From: Candidatus Saccharimonas aalborgensis
GTDB lineage: Bacteria; Patescibacteriota; Saccharimonadia; Saccharimonadales; Saccharimonadaceae
Assembly (NCBI RefSeq): GCF_000392435.1
Contig: NC_021219.1
Span: 420,001-452,000, forward strand
DNA: 32,000 bases
Direction of reading: 5' to 3'
Numbering within the stretch: position 1 is the stretch's first letter; every line of letters starts with the position of its first letter. Of the stretch, positions 23,692-31,900 are shown one piece after another. The translations under genes and the position numbers were made by a program. The notes below the pieces were generated by a model. The model ran no database searches and was not told the origin of the DNA. It saw only the letters and a list, made by a program, of their open reading frames with translations.

Positions 23692-23721
23692 ATACTAGTA
23701 GCATACATTATCTTTGCATAA
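23692..23721 (-). promoter_or_regulatory. Candidate promoter of the TasA-like operon
   Basis: The minus strand reads TTATGC (plus 23721-23716), an 18-nt spacer, then TAGTAT (plus 23697-23692). This is 31 nt upstream of ATG 23660. Alternative hexamers exist in the same AT-rich stretch. Confidence 0.3.
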
Positions 23722-23767
23722 CCAACAAGTGACCAGCGTGATACCCGTCGCGATACAGCTAGTTTCC

Positions 23768-24571
23768 TTAGCTGCGGCGTTCCCGAACGAGCTGGAGACA
23801 CAAGGTAATCAGCACGGGCAGGACGATACTCAGCGTAATGATTGTTCCGGGGTATCTCCCGTTGAAGCCATCAGGTGATACGTGCTTGAGTAGTATGCCG
23901 CCAAACGCCCATACAAATACAGTGAGGTACGCCGCATCGCGATTTCGTAGTGCCGTGATGATGCCGATTGTCGCTGCAACCAAAAGCATCGCAACCATCC
24001 ACGTACTTGCTTTGATACCAAATCCATTCCAATTGACGCTCACGAGAAATGTAGTTATATTTGCAACAGTAGCGACGGTTATCCACCCAAAATAGACACT
24101 GAAGGGGAGTTTTGTCTGTACGTATTCGACACCACTAACCCGTTGACTCCTTAGCAGGTCAGCAATCTTGATAAGAGTGGCTAGCAACGCAATCATCAAT
24201 AACACACTGAGCCACAGTACCTTATACTGCCACGCAAGTATCCACATACCGTTAAGAGCGAGGTTGATGGTGAGTAGTTTTGTCACATCGGTGAGCGCAT
24301 CGATGGTCAGTGTCGACTTTTTTGACCGACCGATACCAAAGACATACAGGATAAATCCAGCAACGAGCAGGTATATCACTCCCCAGATTGCAAACGTCAC
24401 TCCTGCTGGCGCAAACAAATTAGGGAAACTGTCAGAAACCTGTGCGGTATTCACTCCGCCGAGCACCGTAGTGCTACCCGCTAGACCATTGAGTACCATC
24501 GTAACAGCAAATGTTGCCGCCAGTCCCCAGCTCCATTTTTTCTCAACACGTTTTTTCTTGTTCCAGATCAT
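23768..24571 (-). CDS. Polytopic integral membrane protein, possibly TspO/MBR-related
   Basis: 267-aa ORF with AAGGAG 5 nt upstream. It has about seven hydrophobic segments. The N-terminal motif NGLAGSTTVLGGVNTAQVSDSFPNLFAPAGVTFAIWGVIYLL resembles the long TspO-like family of Gram-positive bacteria as I remember it. This is unverified. Confidence 0.45.
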   Translation of the reverse strand: MIWNKKKRVEKKWSWGLAATFAVTMVLNGLAGSTTVLGGVNTAQVSDSFPNLFAPAGVTFAIWGVIYLLVAGFILYVFGIGRSKKSTLTIDALTDVTKLLTINLALNGMWILAWQYKVLWLSVLLMIALLATLIKIADLLRSQRVSGVEYVQTKLPFSVYFGWITVATVANITTFLVSVNWNGFGIKASTWMVAMLLVAATIGIITALRNRDAAYLTVFVWAFGGILLKHVSPDGFNGRYPGTIITLSIVLPVLITLCLQLVRERRS

Positions 24572-24596
24572 ATAAACTCCTTATGGCTATAGAATA

Positions 24597-25079
24597 TCAC
24601 AGTGCGAGAAGTGTTTCGATATCACCGACAAGTGACGCCGGTGATGTTGTCGGCGCAAAGCGTCGTATTTTCTCGCCGTCGCGGGCCACCAAAAACTTGG
24701 TGAAATTCCACTTTATTTCTTTGCCAAGTGTTGCGTTACTGTGATCTTTTAGGTAGCGAAACACCGGGTGAGTGTGGGGACCATTCACCATAATTTTTTC
24801 ACTAAGCAAGAATGTTACCCCAAAATCTCGTTTACACACTGACACGAGCGTGTCATTTGTCTCGGGCTCTTGAGAGGCAAATTGATCACACGGAAAACCG
24901 ATCACTACTAATCCCTGGTCCTTGTATCGTTGGTAAAGCGCTTCAAGTTCCTCAAATTGCGGTGCGAGACCACACTTTGTCGCCGTATTCACAAGCAATA
25001 GTACCTTGCTCCTAAAACCAGCGAGTAATGTTGTCGCACCAACAGTATCTCGAAACGTTAGAGAATAGATGTCGCTCAC
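24597..25079 (-). CDS. gpx: Glutathione peroxidase family protein (Cys-type)
   Basis: Signature blocks are LLLVNTATKCGLAPQ (peroxidatic Cys), VVIGFPCDQFASQEP and KWNFTKFLVARDG. The 160-aa length is typical of the family. Confidence 0.9.
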   Translation of the reverse strand: MSDIYSLTFRDTVGATTLLAGFRSKVLLLVNTATKCGLAPQFEELEALYQRYKDQGLVVIGFPCDQFASQEPETNDTLVSVCKRDFGVTFLLSEKIMVNGPHTHPVFRYLKDHSNATLGKEIKWNFTKFLVARDGEKIRRFAPTTSPASLVGDIETLLAL

Positions 25080-25080
25080 G

Positions 25081-25584
25081 TTACTCGCTCACCTCAACCT
25101 CAAAGTAGTCTTGAGGTAAAAATCCAAAAGCCTTAGCAACTAGCATATGCGGAAATATACTAAGCAAGTGATTATATTCAGAGACAGCAGCATTATAGAG
25201 TAACCGTTCGCCTTGAATGCCGTCTTCTATATTGACAAGCTCGTCGATAATTTTTTGAAAGTTCTGCTGCGCCCTCATAGCTGGATATGCTTCAATACAT
25301 TGCACAATATTTTTTTGCAAAGCAGACTCCGCCTTGCCGGTTTCTTGTACATCACCGTTTCTCGCTGCTGCGATACTTTGTTGAACATTCAGCTCAAAAT
25401 CACTCGACGCTTGAGTAGCAGAGATAAGACGCGGTACTACCGCATGTCGCTTTGCTAGGACCGTCATTATGTTTGCCCATAATTCTCCGACGATAACGTA
25501 GCGTTTACGTAGTTGGTTATATACTACAATTATTGCAATCACTTCCAGCACCGTAAAGGCAATAAACAAGTAGACAACTACCAT
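25081..25584 (-). CDS. lemA: LemA family membrane protein
   Basis: Starting at ATG 25584 gives MVVVYLFIAFTVLEVIAIIVVYNQLRK.. (an N-terminal TM helix followed by the LemA helical domain). The C-terminal signature is YNAAVSEYNHLLSIFPHMLVAKAFGF. The track start at 25656 would overlap the upstream gene by 79 nt, whereas the chosen start overlaps it by 7 nt (ATGGTAG). Confidence 0.85.
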   Translation of the reverse strand: MVVVYLFIAFTVLEVIAIIVVYNQLRKRYVIVGELWANIMTVLAKRHAVVPRLISATQASSDFELNVQQSIAAARNGDVQETGKAESALQKNIVQCIEAYPAMRAQQNFQKIIDELVNIEDGIQGERLLYNAAVSEYNHLLSIFPHMLVAKAFGFLPQDYFEVEVSE

Positions 25585-26684
25585 AATTTCCTCGCGACCA
25601 TAGTGTCTCGCACCTTCAGCCAGCGCGCTACCAACGTGTACATAATTGCTATCCATACTGGGCCCAGTAGCGCACCGACAGATGCCTTATCACCCAAAAA
25701 TACGAGAGCGAGGAGCAACATCGCAACGATATATATCGCTGCACCGGCACCGAGGCTCCGCCGAACGGTAAACAAGTGCGGCACAGCCTGAAGTGCAGCT
25801 TCCAAGGGTATATTGTAATGACTGAAGCTTGGTACCGAATCTGCAAATAGTTTTCGGGCGCGCTTCACGACGATAGAACGGCACATTTCAATACTCTCTA
25901 AGAGAAGCTGTGTATCACTTGCGGAGTGCAAAGAGTGTATGTCTGTCATTACATACATTCTGCCGTTACTTACAAATACATCGCTCTGTGACATTCGTTT
26001 TACAAAATGCTGAGCAACATCGCTGGTGAAAAATTTTGCTGCTTTCGACAACTCAAGGTCTGCATATATATCTAGCACCTGATCACTTGCCCTATCTAGT
26101 ACAACTCGTTTGTGTCTTGGTAGTAGTAGTTTTCTCCCGATATGCCGTTCGATACTATAGGCATGTGAATCAACAAAAAAGTTTGGGAGTGTTGAATCGA
26201 CCTTTACCTCGATATATAGTGTACTTCCCAAAATATTCACCCTTGCCTCTGTCTGGTCATTAAACAATATGGCATACTGGCTTTGTGAATACAAACGAAG
26301 CGCTTCTTCAAGTTGCGATGCACGATGTGTCTTACGCAAACCTACAACAAAATAAACTACGCTTCTGTATACCAGGTGCAATACGATCCAGACAAGCGTA
26401 AACTCTAACAAGAAGGATGCTATGACTTCTAGTACATTATGCGTACCAAGTAGCATAGTGTGCTGATAAAAAGCACTCCCCGGAAATAGCCAGAACGTTC
26501 CATTTTGTATCTCGTAACGTATGACATCAAACGACCACTGTTCGGGAAAGCCAGCAAATGGAATATATGCCATTGCAAACGAAATCGCGACGGCAAAAAT
26601 AGCCGTGAGTGTTCCTAGCAGTCTCAACTTTCTCCTATGGCGAATAATCCCCCCGAATATCGCTTCATGGTCAATATTATTCAT
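25578..26684 (-). CDS. Four-TM membrane protein with a central soluble domain, unknown function, LemA-linked
   Basis: 368-aa ORF overlapping the upstream gene by 8 nt (ATGAATAA). It has two N-terminal hydrophobic helices (LGTLTAIFAVAISFAMAYIPF and VIASFLLEFTLVWIVLHLVY) and two C-terminal ones (AAIYIVAMLLLALVFLG and LLGPVWIAIMYTLVARW). Confidence 0.8.
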   Translation of the reverse strand: MNNIDHEAIFGGIIRHRRKLRLLGTLTAIFAVAISFAMAYIPFAGFPEQWSFDVIRYEIQNGTFWLFPGSAFYQHTMLLGTHNVLEVIASFLLEFTLVWIVLHLVYRSVVYFVVGLRKTHRASQLEEALRLYSQSQYAILFNDQTEARVNILGSTLYIEVKVDSTLPNFFVDSHAYSIERHIGRKLLLPRHKRVVLDRASDQVLDIYADLELSKAAKFFTSDVAQHFVKRMSQSDVFVSNGRMYVMTDIHSLHSASDTQLLLESIEMCRSIVVKRARKLFADSVPSFSHYNIPLEAALQAVPHLFTVRRSLGAGAAIYIVAMLLLALVFLGDKASVGALLGPVWIAIMYTLVARWLKVRDTMVARKLW

Positions 26685-27339
26685 CTTTGATCCTTAATGA
26701 GTCGATTATTCGCTTCACAACTTCATCTTCACGTGACTCGACCTGTGAGTAAATGGTTAGCTCATATTGAGCAGTGTTCGTTGCAATCATCACAATCGTT
26801 TCTCTTCTGCTGAACATCTCCCCGATATACCGCCGTTCATCCTTTAGGGTCGAGGTATACCTAAGTTGTATAGCCTGGTACTTACCGACAGACACATCTC
26901 TCTTTTCCTTTGTAGTGAGTGTGTAGTCCGTATTCTTGTGCAATCTATCCTGCAAATCTTCTTTCTCTGCAAAATACTCCGCTGGCTGTTTACTATACGA
27001 ACGTATGCTAGTCTCAGAAAGAGATATCATAGGATCGGGTTGCGTTGCCTTTGGATTAAGCGTGCTATTCCGAAGCGTCCGCGGCAGACTCATCGTAGTA
27101 GATACCATACCCTCTCCGTAATCTTTCCTGCTGGCTACAACGTAGCCATTAGGATATTCAAACGTTAGTCGCCCATCGCTACTTGTAAACGTACGAAAAT
27201 CTGGCTGATTGATATATGAATCTATACCGTTCACCACACCCTGTACAAAAAGACTTAGGCCAACTGCAATACTGGCTGCTACCACGACAAGTACACTCAT
27301 TGAGAGAATGTTCAGCCTGAAGTGGTGTGTTTTATTCAT
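26677..27339 (-). CDS. Bitopic membrane protein, unknown function (first gene of the LemA operon)
   Basis: 220-aa ORF with a TM helix (ILSMSVLVVVAASIAVGLSLFV) and a soluble domain of about 180 aa. The ATG lies 8 nt downstream of a TGgTATAAT box. Confidence 0.8.
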   Translation of the reverse strand: MNKTHHFRLNILSMSVLVVVAASIAVGLSLFVQGVVNGIDSYINQPDFRTFTSSDGRLTFEYPNGYVVASRKDYGEGMVSTTMSLPRTLRNSTLNPKATQPDPMISLSETSIRSYSKQPAEYFAEKEDLQDRLHKNTDYTLTTKEKRDVSVGKYQAIQLRYTSTLKDERRYIGEMFSRRETIVMIATNTAQYELTIYSQVESREDEVVKRIIDSLRIKDE

Positions 27340-27347
27340 TGGGTATC

Positions 27348-27356
27348 ATTATACCA
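27348..27356 (-). promoter_or_regulatory. Extended -10 promoter, leaderless configuration, for the 26677-27339 gene
   Basis: The minus strand reads TGg-TATAAT (plus 27356-27348), then 8 nt (gataccca), then ATG 27339. No Shine-Dalgarno sequence is present. Confidence 0.5.
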
Positions 27357-27406
27357 AGTCAAACGGAGTATGCCCATTGTGCTTGTGTCACATGACAATT
27401 CACTCA

Positions 27407-27415
27407 TGCTATACT
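27407..27415 (+). promoter_or_regulatory. Extended -10 promoter, leaderless configuration, for the 27423-27674 gene
   Basis: TGc-TATACT (27407-27415), then 7 nt (acgggct), then ATG 27423. It is divergent from the box at 27348-27356. Confidence 0.45.
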
Positions 27416-27422
27416 ACGGGCT

Positions 27423-27674
27423 ATGGATATCCCCGCAAACCTACAAGAGAAACTTACGACAAACATATCAGATACTGTCAATGACCAACTCTCAAAGATA
27501 TTTATGCAGTACTTCTTGCCCACTATTATTTTCATGTGCGTTATCATCGTACTGTATGTCATGCGGGCCATCCACCGCTACCGAGTTGACAAAGCCATCT
27601 TCGAAATTCGTGACACCCTCCGTGCCCAGCGCAGCACTCAACAGGTCGTACGCCCAGACACCAATCAAAAGTAA
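27423..27674 (+). CDS. Small single-TM membrane protein (83 aa), unknown function
   Basis: The ORF has a central hydrophobic helix (FLPTIIFMCVIIVLYVM) flanked by charged segments. A promoter-like box lies directly upstream. The overlapping ORFs at 27322-27741 (+) and 27492-27713 (-) lack such features. Confidence 0.55.
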   Translation: MDIPANLQEKLTTNISDTVNDQLSKIFMQYFLPTIIFMCVIIVLYVMRAIHRYRVDKAIFEIRDTLRAQRSTQQVVRPDTNQK

Positions 27675-27752
27675 ATGTAACCCTTCGCATTTACGACGTA
27701 GAGGGCGTGCCAAATGGAGTTTTTGTGGTAGACAATCGTAGTTTGTTGATTT

Positions 27753-28115
27753 TTATAAATACGCCCGGTATCTGCCTGGGTCCTCGCGGGATTTCTCATT
27801 TTTGGCGTAGAGCTCAACAAAGGTTACCATTGCACTGGTCTTAACCAGTACGAATACAGCTCTTGCCTTATCTGACATGCCTAGTGACAGTACGTCCAAT
27901 CGCATCTTGACGACTTCAACAGACTCATTAACCACCAGTTTTGTGGCTCGTTTGTTGTTGAAAAACTTTTGCTGGAAGATTTCCTGCTGATCAGAGTCAG
28001 TGTATACATCGGCTATGAGCAGCATTGCTGCATCTACGTCATCGGGAAGCGAACGCCACTTCTTACTTAGTCGCTTGAGGTCTTTTTTGAACTCAGGAGA
28101 CAGCTCAAAGTTCAT
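27753..28115 (-). CDS. Putative toxin of a type II TA pair, RelE/ParE (HigB/Gp49)-like
   Basis: 120-aa ORF overlapping the upstream antitoxin gene by 11 nt. The N-terminus FELSPEFKKDLKRLSKKW and the late block VVKMRLD....KARAVFVLVK.....FVELYAKNEKSRE resemble RelE-superfamily toxins (F.kdlkkL ... yR.iy.v ... i..K.e). The assignment rests on motif resemblance and genomic context only. Confidence 0.5.
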   Translation of the reverse strand: MNFELSPEFKKDLKRLSKKWRSLPDDVDAAMLLIADVYTDSDQQEIFQQKFFNNKRATKLVVNESVEVVKMRLDVLSLGMSDKARAVFVLVKTSAMVTFVELYAKNEKSREDPGRYRAYL

Positions 28116-28887
28116 CCTCTGGCTCCGTCACGGCGGTCAAGTCGCTGCGATAAAAGACGAAGCGATAGTTTATTTTTTCACCCTGTTTTGCAACTCGCCA
28201 CGGCGTATCATAGTGTGAGAGCTCACTCAATTCTGCAGCGGACTTATCACTTAAGCGTGCTAATGTCTCATTTATGTGCTGTAGTTCGCTAGCGCTAAGT
28301 TCTTTCAGTTCCACGCTTATTAATGGTAAGTACTTCTTTTGCGTGTTCTTGAAGTATTCCGTCTCTGCAACTTCGAGCTCTTGGTTCGCCTTCATGCCTT
28401 CTACTACACTCACAAAATCCCGCGTCGGGGTTGGACCAAAGTGGTTACGCACGTAGGTTAGGCCTGTTACCGACTGACCTGTCTTTTCGTAGTAGTCAAA
28501 ATCAATAAAGTACAGCAACTTATATAAAACGGTTTCGCCAACATTCGGTTTAGCACCTACTTTTTCGAGTACATATAGCAGCACTTCGCGGAGCTTTTCC
28601 GGGCTCGTTTTTGGATCGATGTCACGCGGGATAATCTCTTCCTTGGCTTGCCCGAAATCGTACGGTGCGACAGACTCATGCACCATACTCACTTCGCCTG
28701 ATATAAGATCGGCCGGTGAGACCTGGTAATATTCAGCAAGTCTGTTAATTTCATCAAGGTTCGCCGGACGACGTTCTGCCTCCAGGCTTGCATAGGTAGC
28801 ACGAGCAATACCAATTGCCTCTGCGACATCGGCTTGGCTCACGCCTTTTTCTCCTCTTAATCTCTTGAGAGTATCTGTAAAGCTCAT
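28105..28887 (-). CDS. XRE-family HTH fused to a DUF4065 (Panacea/SocA-like) domain: PanA-type antitoxin
   Basis: ATG 28887 has a GGTGGG box 8 nt upstream. The track TTG at 28902 adds 5 residues. The HTH reads FTDTLKRLRGEKGVSQADVAEAIGIARATYASLEAERRPANLDEINRLAEYYQVSPADL. The DUF4065-type core reads VLYKLLYFIDFDYYEKTGQSVTGLTYVRNHFGPTP. Confidence 0.8.
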   Translation of the reverse strand: MSFTDTLKRLRGEKGVSQADVAEAIGIARATYASLEAERRPANLDEINRLAEYYQVSPADLISGEVSMVHESVAPYDFGQAKEEIIPRDIDPKTSPEKLREVLLYVLEKVGAKPNVGETVLYKLLYFIDFDYYEKTGQSVTGLTYVRNHFGPTPTRDFVSVVEGMKANQELEVAETEYFKNTQKKYLPLISVELKELSASELQHINETLARLSDKSAAELSELSHYDTPWRVAKQGEKINYRFVFYRSDLTAVTEPEDEL

Positions 28888-28978
28888 AATCTTGCCCACC
28901 AATTATGGTTTGTGATTCTATAAGAGTAACACAACTCTACATTATTAGTCAATATATCTTCTCCCAAAATGAGCACTA

Positions 28979-28987
28979 TGTTATAAT
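28979..28987 (+). promoter_or_regulatory. Extended -10 promoter in the divergent intergenic region
   Basis: TGt-TATAAT (28979-28987). The predicted transcription start is near 28994, which is 112 nt upstream of ATG 29106. Confidence 0.45.
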
Positions 28988-29105
28988 ACCTTCGGTTACT
29001 GGTTCCTGTAAAGTGGGGCGGGAGCTACAAAAAAACCATAAGGTCGGTGTGGCACGTCGCTCGCGCCACAGAATATTTTTGAGAGCGAGAAGGGGCTATG
29101 AGGAA

Positions 29106-29393
29106 ATGACAGCACAACAACTATACGATGATGTACTGAGTTACGTCGGTAGCGATAATTTTATCAACTGGTATGTCGGGATTACGGGTGATGTTGAAAA
29201 ACGCCTTTTTGGCGAGCATAACGTTCATCGAACTCAACATAAGTGGATTCATGGACAAGCTATGAGCGCTGAAACAGCTCGGGCGGTTGAGGCAGCACTG
29301 ATTGAGCTAGGTTTCGACGGTGGCGGTGGCGGCGGTGACCATACCGCCATTCACGTCTACGCGTTTCGCCAAGATCTAGGTACTGTACGCTAA
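29106..29393 (+). CDS. Small protein (95 aa) with a degenerate GIY-YIG-like motif, unknown function
   Basis: ATG 29106 is preceded by GAAGGGG (29089-29095). The motif string is NWYVGITGDVEKRLFGEHNV....ARAVEAALIELGF. It resembles the YIG-(T)-x-d-x-x-R-x-x-x-H and downstream Glu elements of GIY-YIG/UPF0213 proteins, but the first GIY strand is not evident. A Gly6 run lies near the C-terminus. The 67-codon upstream extension in the track runs through the promoter region and looks non-coding. Confidence 0.55.
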   Translation: MTAQQLYDDVLSYVGSDNFINWYVGITGDVEKRLFGEHNVHRTQHKWIHGQAMSAETARAVEAALIELGFDGGGGGGDHTAIHVYAFRQDLGTVR

Positions 29394-29491
29394 AGGGTCA
29401 ATGGAAAAGTGGCTGGCTTATAGAGGCTAGAAGGGTTCACTGCTTGCAAAAACCCGTAAGGCGCTAGAAAGGTCACACCCTCCAGCAAAAT

Positions 29492-29516
29492 GAGGCAAGT
29501 AGCCTCGTTTTGTTTT
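29492..29516. terminator. Short bidirectional intrinsic terminator between convergent genes
   Basis: GAGGC (29492-29496), loop AAGTA, then GCCTC (29502-29506), followed by gTTTTGTTTT on the plus strand. On the minus strand the same hairpin is followed by ATTTTG. The stem is only 5-6 bp. Confidence 0.4.
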
Positions 29517-29517
29517 G

Positions 29518-30708
29518 CTAGCGATTTCCCTTTGCGCGGTTGTGCGCTACACAAAGCATCTCACAATTTTCCAGCGACGTTGAGCCACCCTTGCTCCATG
29601 CGCTTACGTGATCAGCATCCATTTCGTTATACCCCCAGAGTTTCGCTTGATTTGCGTCGTGTCCGATCGCACAGTACGAGCAGTTGCTAGTATCTTTCTC
29701 GTGTGCCGTATTTGTTTGACGCTCATAGACTACCCGTTTGTCGCGATCGTCAAACACCCTCACGTCAAGTAATTTTGTATCTGACTCTCCACCGAGAATA
29801 TACTCAAAAACGCCGCTGCGACGTTTGACAAACTCATCTCCATAGAGTCGTCGCACTGTCTCATGCACCCGGGCCGGCTCATACTGCGTTGTATGATACA
29901 TCTCGTACAACCTACCCCATTCAAGTCCGCGCATCTCTCGCTCGACATCAATAAAGACACCGTCGATCCAGTTGATAACCTTCGTGAAGTACGCTTTTAA
30001 TTCATCAATGCTTGTGTCATAACGATGCTGGCTCATGTAGCGATCCACATCTTCGCGACTCACCCACTGCAAAGCCCGTTCGAGATATTCTTGGCGACGT
30101 ATATCGCCTGCGATGTACGAACTCCACTTTTGGACATTGCTATTGTTTGGGTTGCTGAACTCTTCGCGCGCCAGTGTTACAAATGGTCCGCTATACACGG
30201 CATTCAAAATCTCTTGCTCATTGAGCGCCACGCCTGCGATGTTGATGGTCTTGAACCAGTCTTTTATTTCCGATTCCTCACCCTCGCAGATATACACAAG
30301 CAGTGGCGTTTCCATGATACGACGCTGCATGTCTGCCGCTAGACCGCTAAAATATTGTTGATTTCCGTTGGTATCTTTTGCGGCAAAGAGTCCGCGTACA
30401 AACCTTCCTATCGTCGTGATACGCTGCTGGCCATCAAGTACTTCATAGTCGTCATCACCGACTTTGCTAAAGTACAATAGGCCGATCGGATAGCCCTTGA
30501 GTAGACTATCGATCACCGCGACGTCCTTCCTGCCGTCACCATAGATGTATCGGCGTTGATACTCCGGCTGGATCGTCAGTCGGCCGTCGAGTCCAAAGAG
30601 TCCTTTTTCGTCAAGCTCATTGTACTCAAAACCTTCGACGATATCAGCAACAGTGATGCCTTGCCCAGCATCGGCTTCATCTCGCCTTACCCATAGTGTT
30701 GTTTTCAT
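29518..30708 (-). CDS. DUF262 (ParB-like/GmrSD N-terminal) domain protein with a C-terminal HNH endonuclease domain
   Basis: DUF262 motifs are [12 protein letters not shown] and [14 protein letters not shown] (the DGQQR box). The C-terminal HNH reads CSYCAIGHD....[35 protein letters not shown]. The ATG overlaps the TGA of the upstream methyltransferase gene (ATGA, 30705-30708). Confidence 0.85.
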   Translation of the reverse strand: MKTTLWVRRDEADAGQGITVADIVEGFEYNELDEKGLFGLDGRLTIQPEYQRRYIYGDGRKDVAVIDSLLKGYPIGLLYFSKVGDDDYEVLDGQQRITTIGRFVRGLFAAKDTNGNQQYFSGLAADMQRRIMETPLLVYICEGEESEIKDWFKTINIAGVALNEQEILNAVYSGPFVTLAREEFSNPNNSNVQKWSSYIAGDIRRQEYLERALQWVSREDVDRYMSQHRYDTSIDELKAYFTKVINWIDGVFIDVEREMRGLEWGRLYEMYHTTQYEPARVHETVRRLYGDEFVKRRSGVFEYILGGESDTKLLDVRVFDDRDKRVVYERQTNTAHEKDTSNCSYCAIGHDANQAKLWGYNEMDADHVSAWSKGGSTSLENCEMLCVAHNRAKGNR

Positions 30709-31889
30709 ACAGCCGCCTTTCTGTGTCGGATTAAGATGCGTTGATAGGGAACGATAGCTTTGCCATCGGTGTCGACGTAGACGGGGTTAATCCAGCCCTG
30801 TCGTATCGCTCCTTTGTTACCTTGCTTATAGTAAAGATCGACAAATTCTTTTGTTACACCCCTCCAACCTTTTGGCAGGATATTTGACTGAGGATGACCC
30901 ACGATCTCAAATTGCTCCGGCGAGTATTTGTCGAGGAAACTGATGGGTACTCCCATAACGCCATTGTAATCACTGGGAATTGCATCGCTAAACGGCACTT
31001 CAATGGCATCGTAATTGTCGTATTTATCATAAGCATCTCTACCCTGCATTTTTTTGTTGTGTTTCAAATTTTCGGCCATCGTCATGAGTTGCAATGGTTG
31101 GTGACGACGTGCGTGGTCAATGTTTGTGAACCAATTTACATTGCGAAACTTCACGAGTCCCGTCTGTTCATCAAACACTCCTGAGGCAAAATCACGAACA
31201 TTTTCAGAAGGTACCGAAAAATATGCGTTTCCCGCATTAAAACCGTTGCCGAGCCAAATCTTATCTTCCTTGATTAGGGGAAATATTTCTTTATACGTAA
31301 TAGCGTTCATGCTACCAATAATCACAAATTTCTTTTTGTATTCGACGAGCTGCCCTACGTACTCGCGAAACAAACTAAACGGCGGATTTGTCACCACGAT
31401 ATCCGACTGCTCGAGTAGCTCTACACACTCAACACTGCGAAAATCACCGTCGCCCTCGAGCGGGGTCCACTCGTTATGCTTATTTGCTTTGAGTTGCTGA
31501 GCCACGTCCTCGAGATTGAATTGCCCATCGTCATCATAGTCACCCACATCGCTAATGACAAACTTGTTTGCCGTTACCTTTGGCCTGCCTTTTGCTGGAG
31601 TGACGGTGACATCATCGCCAAACAGTCCGAGTTGTGTATTTGCAACGGGGCTTGGCTTGTAGCTCGTCGTGATTAGCTTTTTCAATCCCAGTCGCTTGAA
31701 GTTGAGCACAAAGTATTTGAAAAAGTTGCTCTCAAATGGGTCATCGCAGTTACAATAGACTACTTTGTCACGAAACGTATCGGGATTATACATAAGATAC
31801 GCCCCGATTTCCTTTTGGATGTCGGGATACTGCGTATAAAACTCATCATTTTTGGCCTTTTTGGCGCTAGTGAGGTTTGAGTTCGCCAT
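30705..31889 (-). CDS. N6-adenine DNA methyltransferase, EcoRI-methylase-like family
   Basis: The N-terminus [20 protein letters not shown]....[37 protein letters not shown] closely resembles the M.EcoRI-type N-terminus as I recall it. The catalytic NPPF motif is present in [14 protein letters not shown]. Confidence 0.85.
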   Translation of the reverse strand: MANSNLTSAKKAKNDEFYTQYPDIQKEIGAYLMYNPDTFRDKVVYCNCDDPFESNFFKYFVLNFKRLGLKKLITTSYKPSPVANTQLGLFGDDVTVTPAKGRPKVTANKFVISDVGDYDDDGQFNLEDVAQQLKANKHNEWTPLEGDGDFRSVECVELLEQSDIVVTNPPFSLFREYVGQLVEYKKKFVIIGSMNAITYKEIFPLIKEDKIWLGNGFNAGNAYFSVPSENVRDFASGVFDEQTGLVKFRNVNWFTNIDHARRHQPLQLMTMAENLKHNKKMQGRDAYDKYDNYDAIEVPFSDAIPSDYNGVMGVPISFLDKYSPEQFEIVGHPQSNILPKGWRGVTKEFVDLYYKQGNKGAIRQGWINPVYVDTDGKAIVPYQRILIRHRKAAV

Positions 31890-31900
31890 AAACTGTAATT

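Noticed and set aside
25585-25656. Longer LemA start at 25656
   Set aside because: It would overlap the upstream ORF by 79 nt. LemA proteins begin with the TM helix, which starts at the Met encoded at 25584.
27671-27694. 7-bp hairpin (GTAAATG / CATTTAC, 10-nt loop) overlapping the stop codon of the 27423-27674 ORF, considered as a terminator
   Set aside because: The stem is AT-rich, the loop is large, and no adjacent U-tract is present. A TTTTT run appears only about 25 nt later.
28905-29105. 67-codon N-terminal extension of the 29106-29393 ORF (ATG 28905)
   Set aside because: The extension spans the divergent promoter region, including a TGtTATAAT box and a terminator-like hairpin. It translates to a low-plausibility sequence. 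The homology-like motif starts after Met 29106.
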